From assembly GCA_937899865.1 (NCBI GenBank), contig CALBRH010000025.1, forward strand, positions 1 through 64,000: a DNA stretch of 64,000 nucleotides, in the 5' to 3' direction. The position numbers and the translations under genes are program-made. Source of the DNA: an uncultured euryarchaeote (GTDB lineage Archaea > Thermoplasmatota > Poseidoniia > Poseidoniales > Poseidoniaceae). The notes under the pieces are model-generated. The model saw only the letters and a list, made by a program, of their open reading frames with translations, searched no databases and was not told where the DNA came from. Shown here piece by piece: positions 1-8,491 of this stretch (positions are counted from its first letter, which is position 1; each line of letters opens with the position of its first letter).

Positions 1-1672
1 CTGGGGCATTCTCTCGCATCATCCAAGCATGTAGTTCACCATCATCGGCAAATGTTGGCAGAGATACTCTTGGAATATTGGAGTGTGCTAAAGATTCGGT
101 AGTAGTTTGAACAGTAAACGGCTTACCTCGCACGTGATAGGTATATTCTCCACTGGAGTATTCTTCTGCTAATTGGCGGAATTCTGCTAGTGCATTACGA
201 GCATCACCAACCTCTTCAAGGAGTTCATCGATTTGCTCTTGCAGGTCTTTAGCGACTGCTTTAGAGTCCCGCTCGCTTGCATTGTTGGCAGCAGTTTCAA
301 GATGCTGACAAAGACGTAATTTCTCACTCATCTCAGAATTTATGTTGTGATAATCTCGCACAGTTGCGGCAATTTCAGACAAGTAGTGAACTCGTTCAGC
401 TGGGATTACGCCTTTTCGCTCACCCATTGCATCGGTTGGCAAACTTGCTTCAAAGCCGACTAATTTAGCGACCTTGCCCCACAATCGGTCAACTCCACCA
501 TCAGCGAATTGACTGGCAATAGTGGCCACGACTGGCAACTCTTCATCAGCGACATCGAACTTGTTACGGTTACGACGTACCTGTTTGCGAATCGCCCTAA
601 GTGCGTCTTCACTGCCACGCTTCTCATACTTGTTGAGTACGACAACATCAGCAACATCGAGCATCTCGATTTTTTCCAATTGTGTGTGTGCTCCGAATTC
701 AGCGGTCATGACATACATTGAGTGGTCAGCAACAGTGGTTATTGCATCACTGCCTTGTCCGATACCACTGGTCTCGCAAAAGATTAGGTCAAATCCAACT
801 GCTTTAGCCACCTCAATAGCACGGTCAAGATTGGCGGAAATTTCGCTACCAGAGCCACGACTAGCAAGGCTGCGCATGTAGAGGTCATTATTGGATAGAG
901 AGTTCATTCGAATACGATCGCCAAGTAGTGCTCCACCGGTTCGCTTTCGAGTCGGGTCAACGCACAACAGACAGACTTTCTTACCAGGATTATCTCTAAG
1001 GATTCTAAGCATTAATTCATCGAGTAGACTTGATTTTCCTGCGCCGCCAGTTCCGGTAAAACCGATTACTGGGACATCCTTTTGTGAGGAGCGACACTTG
1101 TCAAGTGTGGCTTTGAAAGTAGCATCATCAGCACTTTCACTCATGGTAAGGAGTAATCCTACTTTTGCCGTATCCTGTGCTGTAACAGGCCCACTCAAAC
1201 TAGCAACTCTGTCTGGATGAATCAAATCAACTTCACTGGCAATTCCCATCAAATGATGAATCATACCCATTAGACCCATGGTGCGTCCATCATCTGGCGA
1301 GTAGATTTTCGAAATCCCAGATTCGTGTAGAGTCTTGATTTCCGGTGGCGTAATTGTTCCACCACCGCCACCAAAGATACGGATATGCTCGCAACCAGCC
1401 TCGTCCAAAAGCTGGCGAATGTAAGTGAAATATTCTACGTGTCCACCTTGGTAAGATGTTAGCGCAACGCCATGTGCATCTTCTTGAATTGCACAGTCAA
1501 CTACTGCTTTAGCAGACTGGTCATGACCCAAGTGGATTACCTCAGCACCAGCTGATTGTATCAGTCTGCGCATGACATTTATTGCAGCATCATGGCCATC
1601 GAAAAGCGAAGCCGCAGTAATAATTCGCGGTGGCCCAGTAGTTGTTTCGAACACAGGTTCCTCTTCGGCCAT
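1..1672 (-). CDS. icmF: Fused isobutyryl-CoA mutase / G-protein chaperone (IcmF-type), N-terminal part; runs off the left edge of the window
   Basis: Not in the ORF track because it is truncated. Manual translation from ATG at 1672 gives MAEEEPVFETTTGPPRIITAASLFDGHDAAINVMRRL (DxH cobalamin-binding domain), then VIGFTGTGGAGKSSLL and ETSGIGQ (MeaB/MeaI GTPase), ending PTFADDGELHAWMMRENAP at the start of the mutase barrel. This domain order defines IcmF. Confidence 0.88.
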   Translation of the reverse strand, partial: MAEEEPVFETTTGPPRIITAASLFDGHDAAINVMRRLIQSAGAEVIHLGHDQSAKAVVDCAIQEDAHGVALTSYQGGHVEYFTYIRQLLDEAGCEHIRIFGGGGGTITPPEIKTLHESGISKIYSPDDGRTMGLMGMIHHLMGIASEVDLIHPDRVASLSGPVTAQDTAKVGLLLTMSESADDATFKATLDKCRSSQKDVPVIGFTGTGGAGKSSLLDELMLRILRDNPGKKVCLLCVDPTRKRTGGALLGDRIRMNSLSNNDLYMRSLASRGSGSEISANLDRAIEVAKAVGFDLIFCETSGIGQGSDAITTVADHSMYVMTAEFGAHTQLEKIEMLDVADVVVLNKYEKRGSEDALRAIRKQVRRNRNKFDVADEELPVVATIASQFADGGVDRLWGKVAKLVGFEASLPTDAMGERKGVIPAERVHYLSEIAATVRDYHNINSEMSEKLRLCQHLETAANNASERDSKAVAKDLQEQIDELLEEVGDARNALAEFRQLAEEYSSGEYTYHVRGKPFTVQTTTESLAHSNIPRVSLPTFADDGELHAWMMRENAP

Positions 1673-1722
1673 GATGCTTCGAGGCTCCTGCAGTTCATCA
1701 ATTCAACCCTTGACAGGTTTCC

Positions 1723-3399
1723 CTAAACTTCTGAGACTTCACCATCAGCCAACGGAGGAAGCCCCTTCTTGGCTCGGACATAATCGGTATAATTGCCATA
1801 ATAGGTGGTAATGACTCCGTCTTGTAATTCCCAAATTCGATTGACAACTTGGTCAAGGAACCAACGGTCGTGTGAAACTGTGACAAGTGAACCCTCATAA
1901 TTGAGCAGTGCTTCTTCTAAGGTGTCTTTGGAATCCATATCGAGGTGATTGGTTGGCTCATCCATTAGCAGCAGATTATTTTCTTCTAACAACAATTTGA
2001 GTAGCGCAACTCTCGCTCGCTCTCCACCAGATAACTGAGATAGTTTAGACTTGACTTGGTCGCTTGAGAATTGGAATCTACCGAGGGCAGCACGGATATC
2101 ACCATATTGGAAATCCGGTCTAAGTACTTCGATTTGCTCAACCGGATTGAGATTAAAATCAAGGGTTGCATGGTCTTGATGGAAGTAACCAATTTGGCAT
2201 CCTGGTGCTAAATCTCGTGTGCCGGAATCAAGTTCTAACTCACCATTGATTATCTTTAGCAATGTGGTTTTACCTTGACCATTCCCGCCAACAATACCGA
2301 TTCTGTCACCCTTGCGAATCTCTAGATCTTGGTTGTCGAGAATTGGTCTCTCCAATCCATCAAAGCGCTTTGAACCACCTTCAATGTGAAGTACATCCAT
2401 ACTGGCTTTATCAGTTGCTTCAAGTTTGAGAATCAATGGCTTGCGCTTCTTTGGTACTCGTGCTTTGAGTGCTTTGAGCTCTTGCTGATAGCGCTCGAGC
2501 ATCTTATGTTTAGCGGAAATTGACTTGTCATATTTGTTAGCACGCTTCATTTGTTGTAATGCTCCAGTAGTAGATTGCATTTTCTTTTCGACCGTCTTAA
2601 TTCGATCTGCTAAAGATGCTTCACTAGCAATCTTTTGTTTGATAAATTGTGAGTAATTACCTTTCCATGGCCATGCTCTTAAGTTATCAACTTCGATTAT
2701 TCGAGTGCAAACTTGGTCGAGGAAATATCTGTCGTGAGAGACAATTAACTGAGCACCTTTGAAATCTCTTAGAAAAGCCTCTAACCATTCTGTAGTTTGG
2801 ATGTCAAGGTGATTAGTCGGCTCGTCAAGAAACATTACATCGACGCCAGCAAGTCCAACAAGTTGTCTTGCAAGTGCAAGTTTGGCCTTTTCTCCACCAG
2901 ATAATGCACTGACTTTCATGTCCATTGGATGCTTATCAAGCCCCAATCTTTCGAGTATACCTTTAGCGATACCAGCAACATTGCCACCGCCACTGCTGGC
3001 AAGCATTTGCTGTAATTCACTGTAACGTTCCATTATTGGCTCCCAATCTCCTTCATAGAATGACGGGTCGATCATCTGTGCTTCAATTGCTGCAATCTCT
3101 TCTTCTAATTCTTGAAATTGACGACCCTTTCTTCCTAACTCTTCTTCAATGGTTGAATCTGACTCAATATCTCTAATTTGGGTTAGATAAGCAAGACGAA
3201 TTCCAGGTGCAAAATCGATATCTCCAACATCTTGCTTTTGCTCACTGATAGTATTGAGTAATGTGGTTTTACCAGCACCATTATGGCCAACAATACCGAT
3301 TCTATCGCCATCGTTAACAATCATATTGATGTCTTTGAGAACATCAACTGGTCCGAAACTACGGTCGACTCCTTCGACGGTGATTAGTTCACGTACCAT
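1723..3399 (-). CDS. ABC-F family ATPase (ribosome-associated, no transmembrane domain)
   Basis: Two NBDs: GHNGAGKT / LSGGE / LDEPTNHLD and GGNGQGKT / LSGGE / MDEPTNHLD, with a helical arm and inter-domain linker and no TM segments. Start moved to ATG 3399 (GAGTGAT SD-like element upstream); ORF track starts at 3411. Confidence 0.9.
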   Translation of the reverse strand: MVRELITVEGVDRSFGPVDVLKDINMIVNDGDRIGIVGHNGAGKTTLLNTISEQKQDVGDIDFAPGIRLAYLTQIRDIESDSTIEEELGRKGRQFQELEEEIAAIEAQMIDPSFYEGDWEPIMERYSELQQMLASSGGGNVAGIAKGILERLGLDKHPMDMKVSALSGGEKAKLALARQLVGLAGVDVMFLDEPTNHLDIQTTEWLEAFLRDFKGAQLIVSHDRYFLDQVCTRIIEVDNLRAWPWKGNYSQFIKQKIASEASLADRIKTVEKKMQSTTGALQQMKRANKYDKSISAKHKMLERYQQELKALKARVPKKRKPLILKLEATDKASMDVLHIEGGSKRFDGLERPILDNQDLEIRKGDRIGIVGGNGQGKTTLLKIINGELELDSGTRDLAPGCQIGYFHQDHATLDFNLNPVEQIEVLRPDFQYGDIRAALGRFQFSSDQVKSKLSQLSGGERARVALLKLLLEENNLLLMDEPTNHLDMDSKDTLEEALLNYEGSLVTVSHDRWFLDQVVNRIWELQDGVITTYYGNYTDYVRAKKGLPPLADGEVSEV

Positions 3400-3455
3400 G
3401 TTATCACTCAACCTATCGGCTGATTACCAATTGATAAACAAAGTCCTTGAATTAC

Positions 3456-3794
3456 TCAGTCAAAGGCGGTAAATGCCTTGATAATACGTTGCCGTCTTGC
3501 TCTATCTGCTCGACGTATCTTCTCGAGTTCCCGACGAGCTGCAATTTGTCCTCGCATCATTCCAGGGCAGCCAAATAAGCACACTGAAAGCCCAAGACTT
3601 GCACCTATGGCAATGGATGATAACAACGGTATTCCGAGTATCAATGAATTAGAGAACCCAATGATTGTACCGACAATAATGCCGACTCCCAATGGCTTTT
3701 GTAGGGTTCGATAAATTAGAGATGATGAAGATCCTTGCTGTTCTGACTTTGGGTTGTCAGCAACAGAAATCATTTCCACAGCATCTATAGTCAT
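3456..3794 (-). CDS. Small hypothetical membrane protein (two TM helices, basic C-terminus)
   Basis: 112-aa ORF fills the gap between two genes; two Gly-rich hydrophobic stretches; TATA-like element 24 nt upstream. Confidence 0.6.
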   Translation of the reverse strand: MTIDAVEMISVADNPKSEQQGSSSSLIYRTLQKPLGVGIIVGTIIGFSNSLILGIPLLSSIAIGASLGLSVCLFGCPGMMRGQIAARRELEKIRRADRARRQRIIKAFTAFD

Positions 3795-3817
3795 TTGATA
3801 GAAAAATCACATTGCGG

Positions 3818-3825
3818 TTAATAAA
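3818..3825 (-). promoter_or_regulatory. Putative archaeal TATA box (TTTATTAA) for a leaderless transcript
   Basis: Minus-strand TTTATTAA lies 24 nt upstream of ATG 3794, the same spacing seen at the TBP gene. Confidence 0.45.
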
Positions 3826-3901
3826 CTAATTCCCTTCTCGTATAGTTAAGTCACCATTGGTTAATGGTAAGTGGTAAGCGAATACCGGAATACGGACTAT
3901 T

Positions 3902-5818
3902 TCAGCCTTGTATTTTAGCAATCTCAGCCTCATGGTGGGACAACAAGTTACGTAGTTTTACCTTCATTGAAGGAGTTAACATATCGTTATCAGTAGTCCA
4001 TTCTTCAGGATCTAGAATTAAGTTGGCTGCAACTTCATAGCCTTTCCATACTGGAGCTTTCATGTTGTTTGCCTTTAGTTCACCAAGTAACCAGTCTCTG
4101 GTCTCTTGTCGTGCACAAATGTCAGCATCACTACCTGAAGCATCAACACCTGCAGCACTCATTGCAGCCTTCATTGCTTCCATGTTTGGATGAACAATTA
4201 GGTAAGTCTTCAACATGTTTCGGCCATCAAGTACGGCTTGCTCAACCAGTGGTGAAAGTTTGAGGTTTTCTTCAAGCGGTGCAGGTGAAACATACTTACC
4301 GTTTTCAAGTTTGAATTGACTCTTCACACGACCAGTGATCGCTAGGTAGCCATCTTTATCCAACTTACCTAAGTCACCGGTTCTAAATACACCAGGCTCA
4401 ATGATAACTTCCTTTGTTGCTTCTTCGTTGTTCCAGTATCCCTTCATAACGTTAGGTCCGTGAACAATGATTTCACCTTCATCAGGTCGATCAGGATCAT
4501 CCCAAGCATCGGTATCGATTGTTACTTTGACACCATTTGCTACTAGTCCAACACAGCGAAGTTTTGAGGTACCAGGTCCAGACCATCCATTAGCCGCAAC
4601 CAATGGTGAGGTTTCTGTTAGACCATATCCTTCATAGCAACTAAATCCAACCATTTGAATGAACTCAGCAACATCAGGTGATAGTGCAGCAGCACCAGAC
4701 ATACAGAAGCGGATATTTCCACCAAATCGGGCTCTTACTTTCTTCCAAACTAGTTTGTCAAACAACTTGTCAAAGAAACCACTTGGTGGAACTGCGTCAC
4801 ACTCTACACCAGCCTTGGCGATTCTTCTTGCAGCATGCTTCTTCGCTTTGGAAACAAAAATTTTCTTAAGACCAGTTGCAGCCTCGAATTGGCTGTTAAC
4901 ACGGTCATAGAATTTATTCCAAACTCTTGGTACAGCCAATAATACTGCAGGCTTAATTTCAATACATTCATCTGCAATCTTAGTTAGGTCTGAGATTAGG
5001 TTGATGTGAACACCACATCGAATCATCCAGTGCAGGTCAAAGGTACTACCAAATGAGTGCGCCCAAGGTAAGAACGCCGCGTTCTTATCTCCGACGTAAA
5101 TCTTGAACGCTGATTGTACACACAAAATGTTCGATAATGTATTCCAGTTTGTTAGCATTACACCTTTTGGATTTCCAGTAGTACCGGATGTGTAAATCAA
5201 GGTGTTTAGAGCGAATGGGTCATCTGCGATTTCAAACTCATTTTCGCTGGCTCTTCCAGCAGCAACAAATTCGTTCCACTTGTGAACTGCGATACCTTCT
5301 GGAGGCAATTTGTTAGCCTCATCATCACCGAGAATGATGATTCCACATGGTGGGTAAGCAGCTTTATCATCACCCAAATTGTCAACTAATTTGTCAAGTG
5401 TTTCAGGTCCAGCAACTGCTAGAATAGCCGGTGTTGAATCACCCAAAATGTAAGCCCATTCTGCACCATGTTGGTGAGTATACATTGCAGTATAAGCGGC
5501 GCCAATTGCATTAGCACCGTAAGATAGAGCAGCCCATTGTACGCTGTTATCTAGGATAAGAGCTACTCTGTCGCCAGCCTTTACTCCAGCGTCGTTCAAA
5601 CTCTTGGCTACTGAAGTTGCTAATTCACCAAATTCATTGTAGGTCAAATGCTGCCTTGCCATTCCAGGTGCTGGTATGTAACCAAAACATGGTTCGCTGC
5701 CAAAACGTTCAACGCTAGTCATCAACATTTGGTATAGTGTTCGTGGGTCCTCGCCTTCAGGTCCGTCCCATTGTCGGTCGTCGGGCTGTCGGGCCCATGC
5801 CATCTTCTCTTCTGCCAT
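3902..5818 (-). CDS. fadD: Long-chain fatty-acid--CoA ligase (AMP-forming, FadD/ACSL-like)
   Basis: LIYTSGTTGNPKG P-loop, YEGYGLTE, FRTGDLG and ITGRVK motifs of the ANL superfamily. Start moved to ATG 5818 (AGGTG SD upstream). Confidence 0.88.
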   Translation of the reverse strand: MAEEKMAWARQPDDRQWDGPEGEDPRTLYQMLMTSVERFGSEPCFGYIPAPGMARQHLTYNEFGELATSVAKSLNDAGVKAGDRVALILDNSVQWAALSYGANAIGAAYTAMYTHQHGAEWAYILGDSTPAILAVAGPETLDKLVDNLGDDKAAYPPCGIIILGDDEANKLPPEGIAVHKWNEFVAAGRASENEFEIADDPFALNTLIYTSGTTGNPKGVMLTNWNTLSNILCVQSAFKIYVGDKNAAFLPWAHSFGSTFDLHWMIRCGVHINLISDLTKIADECIEIKPAVLLAVPRVWNKFYDRVNSQFEAATGLKKIFVSKAKKHAARRIAKAGVECDAVPPSGFFDKLFDKLVWKKVRARFGGNIRFCMSGAAALSPDVAEFIQMVGFSCYEGYGLTETSPLVAANGWSGPGTSKLRCVGLVANGVKVTIDTDAWDDPDRPDEGEIIVHGPNVMKGYWNNEEATKEVIIEPGVFRTGDLGKLDKDGYLAITGRVKSQFKLENGKYVSPAPLEENLKLSPLVEQAVLDGRNMLKTYLIVHPNMEAMKAAMSAAGVDASGSDADICARQETRDWLLGELKANNMKAPVWKGYEVAANLILDPEEWTTDNDMLTPSMKVKLRNLLSHHEAEIAKIQG

Positions 5819-5875
5819 GAACACCTAGTGTAGCAATGAGCACTTGAAACCTGCGCCTACTAAAATCAACGTTTT

Positions 5876-6646
5876 TCATGCATTTTCTAACACAGAAATC
5901 ACATTAGCGCGCCAATCTGCGCCATCATTTCTGTTTGCTAACGGACTTGCAGGACTAGGGTGCCAACACGAAGTAATGTCTATTTTACGTCCACTTTTTG
6001 TGATACCATCGCCGGTTTTTCCAGCATCAAATGCTAATCTTGCCCGCTTTTCTGCATATTTGCCAACTCCAATAATGCGGGTAATTCCCATTATATCTAC
6101 AACTTTTTTCAGATGTTCATCACATGCCTCCAATATTGGTTTCAAGACTGCTGCCGATAAATTATCAGGAGTGAGATTTTTGCCACTTTCTCCGAGTAGT
6201 AGTAACGGGCAATGATTTACAACAAAAATATTCGAGAAGACATTTTTCCCATTTCCAAAATGATCGAACATGAGTGACCACAAACGCTGTCCGGAGATTT
6301 CTTGACGTTCTAAATCAAGTCCAATAATTGGCCTTTTAGGATGAGCGTTAGATGGTGTTGTGAGTTGACAAGGTTTGATTTTTAGTTTAGATTTAGCTAC
6401 TTCAGTTGAGCCGAAAGGCACGCCACTTTGAGCCATTCCCCAAGGCCCTGGATTCATTCCAAGCAGTAGGGTTTTAGCACCTAAACCTCCCCAATTTGTT
6501 AGGTATTGTTCATGGTGAGGCCAAGCATAATCAAGAGGATTTGTTGCATGAGCGACTATCGTTTCACGTTCAATTTTTTTGATTGACTTATTACATGAAT
6601 TAGAAAGCTGTTTGGCAGCCATAATCAAATCATCAACAACTGCCAT
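5876..6646 (-). CDS. smug1: Single-strand-selective monofunctional uracil-DNA glycosylase (SMUG1, UDG family 3)
   Basis: Motif 1 GMNPGPWGMAQSGVPFG, E.SGQRLW, NHCPL and motif 2 HPSPASP are SMUG1 signatures. Confidence 0.88.
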   Translation of the reverse strand: MAVVDDLIMAAKQLSNSCNKSIKKIERETIVAHATNPLDYAWPHHEQYLTNWGGLGAKTLLLGMNPGPWGMAQSGVPFGSTEVAKSKLKIKPCQLTTPSNAHPKRPIIGLDLERQEISGQRLWSLMFDHFGNGKNVFSNIFVVNHCPLLLLGESGKNLTPDNLSAAVLKPILEACDEHLKKVVDIMGITRIIGVGKYAEKRARLAFDAGKTGDGITKSGRKIDITSCWHPSPASPLANRNDGADWRANVISVLENA

Positions 6647-6690
6647 GAAGATAGTGTTGCATGGAGAATAAATGATACTTCCGAGTACAA

Positions 6691-8466
6691 TTATTCAGCA
6701 AAAAAGATTTCAAAATCATCTTGCCAAGTAATTCCCGTAGAATCAAACCAAGACTTGGCATTTGGGAAAGACTTTGTTGCATCTTTACGTTTTTGTTTGA
6801 CCCGTTCACCGATTAATTTCCATGCTGACTTAGCACCAATGCCAGGGATTGCTGAAAGTTGCTTCTCGCTGATTGTATCATGATTCATTGAACATTCAAC
6901 CCCGGTAATCGAACGTGCTCCGTGGCCGGTGACTACAATATCAGAGGTCGTCTCAAGTGGGATGAGATATTCTGCTCCAATTAAGATAGGATAAGCACCA
7001 ATTTGTCTGCCAAAGGTAATGCCTGATTTGCCTCTAATCTCTTCACCAATATGTGGCTGATTTAGATGGACAGGTAGTCTTGTTCTACCATTATGGGATT
7101 CCCAATGAACCTGCTTTAGCACCTCTCCTTTAGGAAATAATTCTTCGAGCAGTGGTGCATCAATATCATCTCTTACCGATTGTTTAAACTTTGAAAATTC
7201 ATGTTCAGGTATTTCTTGAAAACCTTCACCTTCGACCTGCCTAATGTTAATTCTTCTAAGTAACAGGTTTTCATTGCGTATTTCATGTAAGAGGTCAAGA
7301 TTTTTTTGATAAGTTATTGAAGTTTCACCATTTAATCCAGCGATAAAGTTCAATCCAGGTAGTAGTTTTGGTAAGCCTCTTTCACCTCTTGCAGAGCCAT
7401 ATTTGTTGATTAAGCGAATAGCAGATTTCAGCTGGGAAGCATCACAATTCAACCAATTTGCTTCATGTACTACGCTATCGGCTGATTCTAAACCAAATGA
7501 CAGAACTGCTCCATCAGATAGTGTGTCTACAAGTGTCTTAGTAATCTCTTCAGAGGGTTCTAAATTTTCAGCAATAATCGATGGATTACCATTGTCAGTA
7601 TGCAAAATCTCCAATCGTTCATCATTTCTCAAACCATGTAATAACTTAGCAATCGGCTCTGGATTAGGAGTGGGATATTCTAACTCTTTTACACCATCAG
7701 CCATGTAGGTGTAAGTATCAGTCATACCTCCAAGCCGAACATGCTTTACACCTAATTCATGTGCAATTCTAACCTCTTCTATAATGTCTTCAGGACTACG
7801 CCAAATCGGCACACCTTTCTTTGGCTCAATGCAAAACTTACATCCACGTTTGAACCTTACACAGCCTTGGTAAACTTCTACTTCATATGTTAGTGGCCCG
7901 GGTTTTTCTTCACTTCCTAAGTCTGGGTGGAATTTGACTGCCTTACTATTTGCTCCATAATGTGCCCACTCAGTCCATTGTTCAGCATTGCGACGACAAT
8001 GTTTCCAATTACCAGTATTCAAGAAATTGTTAAGCGTAGCATCAGTATCTTGTACTGCTAAAAACAGATTCTTGCGCAATGGATTCCAACCTTGCTGACG
8101 CCAGCCCCGAATAGCCCAGCCGCCCAATATAGCGGGAATTTCGCTTGGTAAATTTCGAACAATATCTTTCATTTCATTGATGGAAATAGGAGTTCCTCGC
8201 AGATATTTGCCTGGAACTACCGCACCAGCAATACAAGCAAAACCGTCAAGACTTTCCATCAGTTTTTCGACACCAATAGCACCTTTTTGTCTAACAAATT
8301 CACGCCATTGATCTATTGTCATATATCGGTAATCCAAATTGTGCTGCTCGAGTACCCCGCATAGGTAGCGAATATGAAATCCAACATAAGGTGGAACTCC
8401 AAATGCAGCAGGTTCATCTTCATAGCCGTCGAGTACCAACCATTTCGGCGTTGTTTGCTCGACCAT
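6691..8466 (-). CDS. Radical SAM protein with TRAM-like and C-terminal helix-hairpin-helix domains (COG1031-like)
   Basis: N-terminal LDGYEDEPAAFGVPPY, spaced cluster motif GCVRFKRGCKFC, RRINIRQV, GRQIGAYPIL, and HhH LSAIPGIGAKSA. Confidence 0.8.
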   Translation of the reverse strand: MVEQTTPKWLVLDGYEDEPAAFGVPPYVGFHIRYLCGVLEQHNLDYRYMTIDQWREFVRQKGAIGVEKLMESLDGFACIAGAVVPGKYLRGTPISINEMKDIVRNLPSEIPAILGGWAIRGWRQQGWNPLRKNLFLAVQDTDATLNNFLNTGNWKHCRRNAEQWTEWAHYGANSKAVKFHPDLGSEEKPGPLTYEVEVYQGCVRFKRGCKFCIEPKKGVPIWRSPEDIIEEVRIAHELGVKHVRLGGMTDTYTYMADGVKELEYPTPNPEPIAKLLHGLRNDERLEILHTDNGNPSIIAENLEPSEEITKTLVDTLSDGAVLSFGLESADSVVHEANWLNCDASQLKSAIRLINKYGSARGERGLPKLLPGLNFIAGLNGETSITYQKNLDLLHEIRNENLLLRRINIRQVEGEGFQEIPEHEFSKFKQSVRDDIDAPLLEELFPKGEVLKQVHWESHNGRTRLPVHLNQPHIGEEIRGKSGITFGRQIGAYPILIGAEYLIPLETTSDIVVTGHGARSITGVECSMNHDTISEKQLSAIPGIGAKSAWKLIGERVKQKRKDATKSFPNAKSWFDSTGITWQDDFEIFFAE

Positions 8467-8491
8467 GACTTACTCTCAAGGCTTGAGAATT

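Noticed and set aside
277-1811. Short plus-strand ORFs at the left end, and the many other 60-200 aa ORFs nested in long genes across the track
   Set aside because: They are antisense or off-frame shadows of well-supported genes (here icmF) and show no motifs of their own.
3853-3878. ACCATT-GGTT-AATGGT mini-palindrome with a TGGTAAG direct repeat
   Set aside because: A 6-bp stem is expected by chance in AT-rich DNA; no supporting context.
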